Assembly: GCA_030141605.1 (NCBI GenBank)
Contig: JAQGDQ010000957.1
Coordinates: 12,369 to 76,368, forward strand
Length of the DNA stretch: 64,000 bases
Reading direction: 5' to 3'
DNA from: Tubiluchus corallicola
Lineage: Eukaryota; Animalia; Priapulida
Part shown: piece after piece, positions 39,370 to 58,400 of the stretch
How positions within the stretch are numbered: the first letter of the stretch is position 1
How the letters are laid out: each line of letters opens with the position of its first letter
Program-made: the position numbers and the translations under genes
The notes under the pieces: model-generated
Told to the model about the DNA's origin: nothing
The model's database searches: none
What the model saw: only the letters and a program-made list of their open reading frames with translations

Positions 39370-40200
39370 TAGTACCCTCCTAGTTGAAAAATGGATACTT
39401 ACACGTCCTAACCCGGTTGTGATTTAGTCAATGGTTGTTTCAAATCGTCTACGTCAATGATATCATTTATCTTGGTATTAAAGTCAGCTTCATTTCCCGA
39501 ATCCTCGCCGATTTAAGGAAGTTATTTGTCACAGGGGAAACACAGTTCGATATTCACTGGCGTGCCCGCTGTCTTGATGTGGCGCGTCGTTTATTATAGA
39601 CGGTGCGGCCCGGGACGAGTATTACTTTAACGATGATGGATGATTCGTGTGACTATGACGGCAAGATTGACGATGATCAGAAGTGAAAATCGCCGCTCCG
39701 GAACAGGGTTTTGGCGTTCCCTTTTCATTCTGATGCGAATTTTGTAATTTGCCAAATGTCCAGGCTGATATTTATCATTTTAGCCTGCAGCGAAAGTAAA
39801 AAGCGTGTTGAAATAAGAAGAAGCAACAAGCAAAGCATAATTTTACCGCATTAATTTCAAAAATCAATAAGTAGCAAATGGATTTACGTGGAAAGTTTGG
39901 GTGTACGTCACACATTTTGGTTATTATTAAACTAAAATTGAATTAAAAACGCGACTGCCTTTCTCAGTCCAATAAAGAGTTTCATAGCGGTAACGACGTG
40001 TGATAATTTTTGGGTGATATATGGTGCAAGACGTATGCGGCACCATCCATTGAATAAAGACATTTCAGACTGGTGTATTTTAATTAAAATGTGTGCTGGT
40101 GGTCAGAATTCGAATTGATAACTGTGTTTTTTCTTTCAGAAATTGTGACTCAGAGGAGACGCTAAAGTATGCAAAGAGGAAAATGAAGAGTTAATCCAAA

Positions 40201-42264
40201 ATGAGATGTCTAAAGTTGTCGTTTTTCTCGCTGCTCTTAATCGCGGTCTTTGGCTTGTCCAGGTGTGAAGAAACCCCGTGGAATGTTACCTGTCCAGCAG
40301 GCTGCACCTGCACCATTACAGAATCAGTCAGATTGTATAGAAATATGAAAACCGTCAACTGTGCTTTTCAAGAAAAGGCTGTTGTTCCAGAGGGAATACC
40401 GTGGGACAGTGAGGTCCTCATTGCGAGAGGTAACTATATTCGCAACGTTTCTGTGCTGTTAACTAAGCTCACGCAGATGAAAGAGCTGGATCTCTCGCAG
40501 AACAACGTAACACTTTCACGACGGGATGCCTTTCAGAACTTACACGACGTTGAATTTCTGGACCTGAATAATAATAAAATCAACACTTTACGCAGAGGAA
40601 CGTTCAGAGAATGTGAGAATCTTCGTGATTTGTTAATATCCTACAACAAGGTTAAAGTGATCGAAGACGGTGCATTCGAAAGGTTGGTCAGTTTGGAAAG
40701 GCTGACTCTGACTGATAATGAAATAGACTGGCTTAATCCAGAGTGGTTTAAAGACTTACATAGTTTAACTACATTACTTTTGTCTAACAATAAGTTGGTG
40801 AGAATTAAAGACCAAGTGTTTTTAAACCTGAGAAACTTAAACAGGTTATCGCTGTCGGGAAACAGAATTCAGCGAATAGAGAATAAAGGGTTTGCGGGTT
40901 TGCCAAATTTAAAATTTTTATATTTAGATGAAAACAAATTGGAAGATGTACCAGGAATTGCATTGGAAGCACTGAGTAAGATAAACGTCATAACGTTTGA
41001 CAAGAATCCAATGCGACAGATAAAACCGTTTGCTTTCCAAAAGCTGCAAGTGGCTGAACTGAATCTAAATGAAATGCCACTTCTTAATGAAATACACAAA
41101 GACACATTTATTAATCTCGATAAACTCGTAATCCTTCAAATGCACGACAATCCAAATCTGGTTTATATTAATCCAGAAGCATTCCGTCTGATAGGAAACC
41201 TATCGAATCTGTTCATACATAACAATAAACTGATAGGATTAGAACAGTTGATGTTTCGGACTCTTCCGTCTCTCTCGTTGGTAAGTTTTTACGGAAATCC
41301 GGTCCGTTGTGACTGCAGTGCCCTTTGGTTGAGTTTATTATTACACGATAATAAAACCAGTAACTTATTTATGGAACCAAATCGTATAGTATGTGAGACA
41401 CCAATGAGATACAAGTCAAGGACGTTGTACGAGTTAAGATCCAACGAAGACATTGCTTCAGTATGTGCGCCATACATTGTGCCAATGTTTAACAAAACTT
41501 TCAACATTCGTCTGGGTGACAGACTCGAGTTGCCGTGCCATGCATTTGGATTTCCTAAATCAGAAATCCACTGGCTGAAACCTGATGGTAGCATCATTGA
41601 CTCTTCTGTCGTCAAGGGCAGAATCAAGGTCAAAAGTGATTCAACTTTAGTCATACAATCAGCAGAATCCAAGGATAGGGGCACGTACACGTGCGTGGCT
41701 GTCAACAGTGAAGGCAGTGATACCAAGTCCGCCCACGTTGCCATCAAAAACATTAATGTGCAGATTTTCCCACTAGGTGTCTCTGCGACATTTATAACAG
41801 TAGTGTGGAATGGGACTGATGCACTGAGCATCCCACGTTACCAGATCATGCACCGCATGTCACCAACAAGCAATTCGCTCAACGGTTCGGAGAAGTTTCA
41901 CGCTGCTCCCATTTCCATTCCGATGCGTCGCTACACCATTGATCATCTGGTCCCCAACACGGACTACGAAATCTGCATCTCTTATCAGCAGAATAACTTC
42001 AACATCAAAATCGCCTGCACCAAAGTCAGAACCAAGGACGTCGACTTTCTCATGAGCGGCATCCGACGGACGAGTAATGTGGCAGTCGGGATCACGTTAG
42101 GCATTGTGGTTGTGATGATATGTTTCATCTGCCTTACCACGTGTGCGGCTAAGAAGTACAGGCAGAGAAAATACTTTGATCCTGCTGTTAGTTATGTAGA
42201 TACAATGTCTAATATTCCGCTAGAAAATCTCTACAGTCCGCTCATGTCTAACATAAATGCGTGA
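40201..42264 (+). CDS. LRRN: Leucine-rich repeat neuronal protein (LRRN/NLRR family): signal peptide, LRRNT, about a dozen LRRs, LRRCT, Ig, FN3, TM, short tail; single coding exon, 687 aa
   Basis: CPAGCTC LRRNT; LxxLxLxxN repeats; GNPVRCDC LRRCT; Ig (LPCHAFGFPKSEIHW...DRGTYTCVAVN); FN3 (ITVVWN...LVPNTDYEICI); TM; tail IPLENLYSPL resembles vertebrate LRRN1 IPLNELYPPL. Splice acceptor tttttctttcag at 40139 implies upstream UTR exon(s). Confidence 0.9.
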   Translation: MRCLKLSFFSLLLIAVFGLSRCEETPWNVTCPAGCTCTITESVRLYRNMKTVNCAFQEKAVVPEGIPWDSEVLIARGNYIRNVSVLLTKLTQMKELDLSQNNVTLSRRDAFQNLHDVEFLDLNNNKINTLRRGTFRECENLRDLLISYNKVKVIEDGAFERLVSLERLTLTDNEIDWLNPEWFKDLHSLTTLLLSNNKLVRIKDQVFLNLRNLNRLSLSGNRIQRIENKGFAGLPNLKFLYLDENKLEDVPGIALEALSKINVITFDKNPMRQIKPFAFQKLQVAELNLNEMPLLNEIHKDTFINLDKLVILQMHDNPNLVYINPEAFRLIGNLSNLFIHNNKLIGLEQLMFRTLPSLSLVSFYGNPVRCDCSALWLSLLLHDNKTSNLFMEPNRIVCETPMRYKSRTLYELRSNEDIASVCAPYIVPMFNKTFNIRLGDRLELPCHAFGFPKSEIHWLKPDGSIIDSSVVKGRIKVKSDSTLVIQSAESKDRGTYTCVAVNSEGSDTKSAHVAIKNINVQIFPLGVSATFITVVWNGTDALSIPRYQIMHRMSPTSNSLNGSEKFHAAPISIPMRRYTIDHLVPNTDYEICISYQQNNFNIKIACTKVRTKDVDFLMSGIRRTSNVAVGITLGIVVVMICFICLTTCAAKKYRQRKYFDPAVSYVDTMSNIPLENLYSPLMSNINA

Positions 42265-45200
42265 GTTCGCCATCAGAAGTAAAAACTATGTTTCAATCTA
42301 ACAGAATGTAAGAAATAGTAAAGTTTGATACTCATGTCAACATGTACACGAGTTCGTTACCACACTTGGCTGAAATTTTATAAACACTTGTATATATTCT
42401 AAAGCTCGGTCATCAAAGTTTTAACACTATTGTGGAGATTAGGAGCCAATGTGGTTCATCTCGGATATGTAATTTTTGTAGCTAAAGTGACAGCATTTTA
42501 TGTTTAACATGTATAGAACTCTCAATCCCAGAATCCCGGACAGAATTTTCAATCCATGGCTACTGGGGTATTTACCAAAAGTGTAACTAGGCTGTAGTCT
42601 AGGGTAATGGGTGCCAGATTACATAAGCGCCACATAACAAACAAGCGTCCACACCACAAGTAGTTGTGTAGCCTGCGTAGATATAAGCACTATAAATAAA
42701 GTTCTATAAACAGGAATGACCACTTAGGTTCTAGGTAATACATGTATGACAGTACTACTAAAACATCACATGTAACTGTGATGGTACATAAATAACCAAA
42801 AATCCATAACAGAGATGGGTGAAACTGATCCATTGGTATAGGGAGTCGTCATGTTCTAATACGCCCCTGCAGGATCCCGAGATCAGTGTAGAAAACAAAA
42901 CCCACCAAAACGACTCATGATATCTAATTAAAAACGATTTAATTAGGCAAGTTGGGCTTATTTTAAAATGTTTACCAATCACTACATTTATACCATCTGT
43001 TGTAACCGTTGTAACATGTATGTACGTAGTTTATCGACAAAAATATTTGCATTTACAACAAAATTAATTAATGGAGTAAACACTTTAATTTTCTTTGTAC
43101 AATACTACACGTCACTCAACCTTCTTAATTAAAAAAAATGGTAAACTGGTTGTAACAATAATCGTAATCATATTCAGTTAATATTCTGGCATAAATTTCA
43201 GGAGATTCGTAAGTTTTAAAAATGAATTTACATGAAGTACAACAAAAGCTAAAAACTACGTTTTTGTAAGTTTTAAAATTTTCTTTCAGAACGTTTTCGT
43301 AACAGTAATTTACATGGTTTGGTTATACTAGGTTTATTCGCATGTGTTACATTTCTATTCCACGAATAAGATCCCGGGGTTAGTCTCGATTCTGTCGCTG
43401 ATATACCGAGATTAGAATTAATCCTGGGACAGAGGGCCATAAACATGTAGCATAAAAATGTGAGATCATGTATTCGCATTGACATTAGGATAGAACATTA
43501 TATTATTAGGACTGTTTCTTTGTATTACGTATTTTTAATAGTCAATAGCTAAGTCTGTGACTGTAAAGTTCAGATATGTAAAGAAAAGGATCAAAATGGC
43601 ACTGTTGTAAAGGATTTTTAGATGAGGCTAGTCAGAAATGTAATTTTATTATTGCGTGACATTTTATTATTTTTATAATAATTTCTTGATGTTTATTTGC
43701 ATGCTTGTTGTATACTTTTCTGAACTTTGTAAAATAATGCTGCACTGTTCGCGTAGCAGTGCCATCTATGGAAAGGTAAGCGAAATAAATTAACTACACA
43801 GTGAATGCCCAATGCATATAAAATGAACTGCATATAGGTGTATCAGCGCCTTCTATGGGCAGATAAGTAAAACGAGTCACTAATAAATGTAATTGTCACT
43901 TATTTTGTCAAAATTTTTTAGGTAAACTGTGGTGAGTACGATATACAAGTTATTATTTCTTGTACAAAGAATGTTAAAATAGTTACAAGGCAAAACTATA
44001 GCACAGACACACAAACGTTTTTATTAAGCTTACACAAGATAATGTTTTTCAAGAAAATTATAGCCACAGATGACATCGTTTATAGTAAACCATTCTAGTC
44101 AATTTGTGTATTCATGTGATTACAATGAATGATCTCGACTATATTCGTAATTCGCATATTAAAATAACGTTTACTTGATTAACTGTTTGTTATTCGCTTT
44201 GTTTGAAATCTTTAGGGTTTAAATAGCGACCGACTGTAAAATCAGTGAAACTCTACTCGCTCAAGCAAAGCCGGGTCATGACCTTTTGGGGCCACTAGGC
44301 TAATGATATATTAGGCCCATTTAGACGAAGCCACCCTCTAACATGTCCACATTCGTCATGAATATTTCTTACTTGTGATACATTTTAGCGACATTTGCAT
44401 AGTTTGAAGTAAACTTATTGCACTATATAAAGTAGAATATCTATCTTTTATTTGTCAATAAGATATCCTTTAAGAAATACCACTATCTTACTATTTATTG
44501 CAAGCCAAACACACACATATTTGAACACAACCGTATATATTGAAAAAAAACAGTTTTTTTACCAAATGTTACCAAAACTTGAGGATTCCCTAACCTTGAG
44601 GGGTCCTAGGCTGTAGCCTATGTTAGCCTATAGAATGATCCAGTTATACATGTAGAACGACAACATTTGCAGCTTCGTTGCTCTTTAAAAGCATAAAGAG
44701 ATTCTCTGACACGAAGAGAACAGCATTTTGCCATAAAAATTTCAACCGGGGGCATATTAAACTTCAGAAGGAAATAAAAAGTGAATTTTATGACGGTGCA
44801 AAATTAAAACGGCTCACGTGTAGGCAATGGCCTGCACACAAATTTATTACAGCAAAAGTCTAGACCTAAAGTAATTAAGTATAAGTCAGCAAATGAATAA
44901 TCACATAAAAATGAATGACTGACTGCACGAATGAATAATGAAGTGAATCAGGAAATGAACGAATAAAAAATAAACCCTACATGAATTAAAAGTCCTATGG
45001 ATTTTCGTTTTCTAAAATGTCATTTTAAAATGAACATATCTTATAAACTCATTTGCTCTAATCTAAACGACTAAAAATTGTTTTTCTAAAGAAATCTAGG
45101 CGTGGATGTTTTGCTGTCCATTTCGAGCAGCTTATAAATATTTGTCGTAAAAAACTGTGCCTTTAAGACCAACGATGTCATAAAGCCGCCACCAACTCAA

Positions 45201-45954
45201 GTCAATAAAACATGTGCACACAAAAATTTTTGGAAAACAAACGATAAATACAAGTGCAATCAATCATTGTAACGCTTCCTACATTAAACTTACAAACATT
45301 TACAAGCCGGCTGACTCATAGAGGGTCGGATGAATTGACGGACAGAAAGACAGATGGACAGAAATGGCTCTGATATGTTTTAAATAATTATCCGAGGCAC
45401 CATGGTACTAAGTTTCGTCTTCGCTACATCAGTACTATAGGAGGAGACAGATAATGAAGAGAGAAGGATACTAATTTCATAAGTTTTTCGATCAATGCTA
45501 GATAACCGTGCACAACTAAAGCCTAGACACCACCAATTGCGCAAGTTTGGTTAAAACTGAGTCAGTAGTTTCTCTGAAGTAAGGTGAACAAACAGGCTGA
45601 CAGGCAGTCAGGCAAACAGACAAGCAGACTGACAGACAGAGAATACTGGAGGCTGAGAATAAGGGGCCGTGAAAATGAGTGAAAACCAATGTAATCTGGT
45701 AGTCTAAATTGGCTGAGTTGAGCCCTGGAACGAAAATTTTAACGCAGTGAGCGCATGCTTGGATTGTTGCTGTTACTCAAGCGGAAAGGTGAACGAACAT
45801 TCACAGAAAATTGGTCACCGTTTTAATCTCGCCTGTCGTCAATAATTTTATAACCGCGACTGTCTCTCCATTGTGACTATAGGTGAACTGAACGTGTGTT
45901 TTAATGAACTGTTGAACGATTAATTGTGCACTAATTAAGATCTGGTTTACAACG

Positions 45955-46075
45955 GTAAACACGGAAGTGGTTATATGACTGGATTAAAACATAGTATAGC
46001 TCGCGAACCTCTGCAGCTATTGAACAGCTACGTGAGGTGGAAGTGCATAAAATGTAAGTACACATTTATCATAAG
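45955..46075 (+). promoter_or_regulatory. Probable GALE promoter / non-coding first exon
   Basis: ETS-type ACGGAAGTG at 45961 in a locally CpG-richer patch; donor-like AAG|gtagtt at ~46075; acceptor tttcag at 47736 just before the ATG. Confidence 0.35.
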
Positions 46076-47740
46076 GTAGTTTTCTTTTTGTAAATTTACT
46101 TTTTTATTTAGTAAATTTAATTATTTAGATTCTAGACTATGTAGTATGCATGTAGACTTGTAGTACATGCACGGTAATTATAGTAGCAAATAACAATTAT
46201 GTAAAAATACCAGTTGAGAAAAACTGATTTTTCGCAAAATAAATAACGGTTCAATGTTGTAACAATTATACCCTTTCAAACAAGTAAAAAAACTTTTGTC
46301 CATGTTTACAAAAATTACAGGCGCAGAGAATGTAACTGGCGAACTACGTCAAGACCATTAGCAAAGAGACTAAGTTCCGTAATTCAAGATCAGCCACACC
46401 ACTAAATGCTGTCACGTAACTACTTAAAAGACGAACTACCCAACTTCTTATTACAGTTATTGAGTTATAAGTTTCTGTTAACTTAGACTTCTGATGATGC
46501 ACCTCCACTGTTGCAAGACTTGCAGATTTGCTGATGTTCTTCTGTAGGTTTCTTTGAACAAAGTCTTGCAGTTTTGTCATTAGCTTAACCTTACTGCTGA
46601 AAAGTATAAATTAAAATTTGGAAGTTTGTTTGACTAAGATGGTGTTCCAGAACAGTGTGTTGAAGTGTTTTTCATGTCAGTTTGGATGCATTGGGTTGTG
46701 CAATTCAAAGTTATTGAAATGTGATTGTTAAATAGACCACTGGCCGGTCATTATGACCCTTTAGACTAATGTCGTTACACACTCAGTAACAGTGTGAGAG
46801 CACTACCCTCAGACATTGGATTTGTAAAGCAAAAATTGAGCCCTGGCTGATTAGTATCCCACATTTTACAGTTTTGTCTTTTTAGCGCTGCACACTAAAC
46901 AATTCAGCAAAATGCATTTCATTTCTGCATCCTCTAAGACACACATCAGTTTCAATTTGTGCGCATCAGTCGATAGATGTATTAATGATTTTATACTTTT
47001 TAGGAAACATTTAAAAATCTCTTTAATGTTTAAATAACAATTTTATTAACTTTAATTTTGCGCAACTGTTAATGACAAGTTTATTAATTTTAGCAAAGAT
47101 ATTTTAAGGTGGTCTCTCCAACTTTGGTTTATCATTGTCAATCTCTTAGTGGATCCATTCAATTTTGATAACTTCCTGTTATTTTATAGAATAATTTATA
47201 AAAAGAAAACTACTTTATGATAAACGTGTACTTACATATCATGCAATATTCTAAGTTTGATGATTTGTTGGAGTTTGTGAAGGTATATTTTTAACTCTGT
47301 AATTTTATTTGAAGTTTTAACTTTGTAGTTGTAACATTTTCTCAACTGCTGTAAAGCGCTTTGAAGCATTGTGTAAGGCTCTTATTATTATTATTATTAT
47401 TATAACTTATAAATTTTATACCTTCTCGGGGACTATCAAATTCTGTAGATCTTTGGGTATTAAAAGCTAATTGAGTTTTGTGTGGCTAACTTTTTAAAAA
47501 TTTTCCCATGTTTCACAACGATCTCTCCTTAGCCTCATTCTAAGCCTCGTGCAAAACACATTGGCAATATTCAGCTGATAAGCATTTTAATTGTTATGAT
47601 ACGCAAAAGAAAATTACAAAAACAGCCAAAATTATAAAGTTGCCTTAGATTTCTTCTACTTTTAAGTCAGTCTTGCAACATGTAGAGTAGATACGTTTGC
47701 CAATATTATATGTTAATTATAAGAATACGTTTTCAGAAGT

Positions 47741-54537
<6,797 letters not shown>

Positions 54538-55401
54538 ACAGAGTGTAGCTTTTTATATAGCTATCTATTTCTCATTGTAGCTGACAGACAGCCCTAATAT
54601 TGGTGCTAATTTTTAAGTTGCAAGGACTATTTTTGTAAAAGGTGTCGCATTTGTGTTATTTTTTAGTAATTTGTACAAATTTTATATGAACGCATTTAAA
54701 GCATTGCAAATGTTTTATGATTAAGCTTAAAGCTTTGCTGGAATCTTTTCAGCATTACTTTACATGTGGATAATTTTAAGAATTATTATGGCAATACACT
54801 CGTATCTCAGTTTGCCGGACAAAAGTGGGGAGACATCGGTCTGAATTTGCCAATTGCCTGTATCTTCTGATACTAAACCAATGCAGTGGGTGTTGTGTAC
54901 TAGACTCATGGTGATGTAGAATCCATCGCCTAATTGTCTCAAAAACGCCTAGTACGGTACAGCTCCTATGCTAAAATACAAAAACTGTCAGCAATTGACT
55001 CATATAATTCTGCATAAATTCTATATTTTTATACATAGAGATATACACATGGTTACACTGATGTACGTGATGTAAGCAAAGTGACAGCTCACGAAAGTAG
55101 CAGTCAGCTTGTGAAGCAACGGACTGTGTCAGTGTTATGCAGGACTTTTAACGGGTCAGATTTTGTCCGAATTTGCCAGTATCCCTAAAAGCGAGGTCTG
55201 GCAAACCGAGATACGAATGTACTGATAAAGGTTACTGAGTCACTTTGACAATTTTATCATTTGGGGCTTTAGTTAGTTTTTGTTTGAATTTCTGTAGAAA
55301 GATTCGCTTTTCTGTTTTAATAGTTAAAATATTTTATTTCTTACTTGAAGTTCACAATATTTACAGTACACATTATTCACAAATGACTAGACCTTATGTA
55401 G

Positions 55402-58400
55402 TTATTTCCAACAGACAGCAATGCAGGGATCTTGCTCCACCATTTCGTCTAGTTTTTTGTAGGTGAAACCTAGAAAATTAAAATTTTTGACACCTACATC
55501 AAAAGTTTTCACGAAGATTCAATTATACAGTATAATATACAGTCTAAAATTCTTCTACATCATAAAATATGTTTGAAGTCTGGCAATGCCAGTGGACATA
55601 CATGTTTAATTCATTAAATTATAAATATGCACGAGTATGCAGCCTAAAATTCTACATCATAAAATATGTTTAAAGTTTGACAATGCCAGTGGACATATAT
55701 GTTTAATTCATTAAATTATAAATATGCATGAGACTTCAGGACGATTATTTGTTACGGAACTACGTTAGGTCTTGTCACAGTTCACTAAGAATGTGAGAAA
55801 TAAATTCACTATGCAGTTCGGAAAAACTGCTTCAAACAGTAAAGTGGTACAGTTTTAATAATTAATGTAAAGTATCATACTGGCCCGACAACAGATATCG
55901 TCATAGTGATGTCTTCCGTCTAACCATTTTGACAACGGTTTCAATTTTACAGTGCTCGGTTCACTTGTTAGCATGATCGGGTATTTATGTATCCGCCGAA
56001 TTAAACCATTTAAGAGGCCAAATTGTACGAGTTTTCTGCAAATAAAAAGTGTCAAATTAGGTAGCTAGAGAATCTTTCCACTTGGGACAAATCAAACCTC
56101 AAAATGCAAAGTAGAAAATGCTCATTGGCAAGGTTTAGAAGACGAAATCACAACTCAGGCTCAGCAATAAAATATAAACTCTGTGCAGTTTGTAAGAGCA
56201 AATTGAAATAATTACACATTTTAGGCAACAATAGTTAAATATAAAAAACAAAAGTGTTTTTTGGTATGCAATCAGAAGCTGCATAAGTTTATATTTATAT
56301 TCTTATATTTACAAAAATGCCAAGTTTGTCGATTGTCATTTCACCATTTTACTTGCATAATGTGTCTTGAGCCCAATGCAAATGCTATATACTTGGCTTA
56401 AAATATATTCGGGCCCCATGAACTGGTTAGTAAATGGACACGTGATTGAAAGGGAAGGTGCTTTTGGACAGTTCCATCTGCCATACAGCCTCCAGGCATT
56501 GTTCTTGTTGGAGTAAGGCACCTTGCAAATTCAATGTCTTACCTATGAGGATGAGCTAGGTTTCAGTTCTACCACAGTCGGCAACATCAATATCAGAAAA
56601 CTCTATCAATAAGTGCTAAATTCAGGTTTGTAGTGCACGGAACTGTACAAATAATTCAACTACTGTACTTAAATATGTACAAGTAACAAGCAAAAGATAC
56701 TCGGCTTGCTCTATGGTGTTATTTACTATATAATTTCACTCATATTCACCATGCATGTATAACAGTAATGAAAAAATACAAAGACAAAAATTACTAGAGC
56801 AATTAAATTTATAATAGCTTACCTTTCGTCAACATTAAGCAAGTGAGGATTATGCCTTGCACACCAGTCCCGTACAGCCGTCCCAGGACCTAGGCTACAG
56901 TACAACATAAACACATCTTTGAAAGTTGGACTTGGCGTATGATCTGTGACCAAAAAGAAATTTTAGAGTAAAAAAGTTTGACTGAAATGACATATTTTTT
57001 ATACAATCACTCCCAAAAAGGCCAATGGCCACTCACAGCAAGGGACTCTACATTAGAAAGGTGAATCCAGAGAAAGAGAATCCCTATAACTAATTTATTA
57101 GTGACCAGAGGTGCCTAATGATGACGTTCTTGAAACAGGTGAGGTTGTAGTTTTCGGAAAAACATGCTAGGCAGAGTAATATGTTATTTTGTTATAATAA
57201 ATAGCAAATAATTTTTATTTCAGTGTTAAATGTGAGAAATCTGTATAATAATCAGTTGGGTAACATTAAGAACATTTAAAAATAAAAAGAACTGTGATGG
57301 TAAAGAAAAACTTGATTCTTACTTGAGTATTTCATTTCAGACAGATTTATCTAAAAACTTCATTATGTGAATTCTTTGTTATTATTATTTATTACTTCTT
57401 TAAGTAAAATTTTAAAAGTTGATAGATTTTCATCAGTAGTGCATTTTATAAAATAACAGCTGCTACCTGACTTTGCTACAGACTTGAGACAGAGGCGCTG
57501 CAGCTCAATATCCTCTGCCAGCTTGTTTATTTTTGTAGTGATTGTGTAAACATTAGAATACTGAAAGAAAAAGATTACAATTATAATAGTAATCAGTAGA
57601 AACCTGATATGCCAGGAATTTACGACATCGAACTATAACGAAATTCTTGTCAAAAAAACTTAAATTTAACTCAAAGCTATATAGAAGAGTTATAAATAAG
57701 TTAAGTGATAATTGAAAAAGTGACCGATGTTCACTGTTCTTGATCCTTTGACTCAAGGGTCAAGAACAGTGGATATCGATCACTCAAGGTCAAAGGTCAC
57801 CCCAGAACACTACCTGAGCTCTTATGCCAGGCTTCTACCCTGTGAGCTTGATGACTTTAGGTGCTACAGTTTTGGAGTTATTCAGTGTTGAAGCGGAGAT
57901 CAATAATAAATGGTTTGTGACTAAGGAGAATTCTGCATGTAAGGCAGAATCTCCATAATGGTTCATTGTTATTAATTAATAACATCATAGACAGACTAGA
58001 GACACTAGGAAAATACACATTCGTTACTCTTCAACCTACCTGAAATATTGGTAAAAGCTTGATTACTTTATAATAAAGTAAGTTTTGGAGACACGACTTG
58101 ACTAGATTCACTGCGACTTCGCTCTCCTGTGCTATTTTGTAAACATGTCGACATCCGTCAATAAAGGGTAAAATCTGAAATGGCAATGACAGTGAAACTG
58201 GTGACTTTGTACACAAGCAAATTAAACATTAAAAGTCCATAAACAATACCGTAAGACAAAATGTACATTTTTTTATTGATAACACTTACTGAGAGACATA
58301 ATGGTACAGAGAAGTATCATGTATGTTTAACTTTACACAAAATAAAAAGCAATAAAATGATAATATAATTGTGTAATAATATAATAGGATTAAGCAAAGA

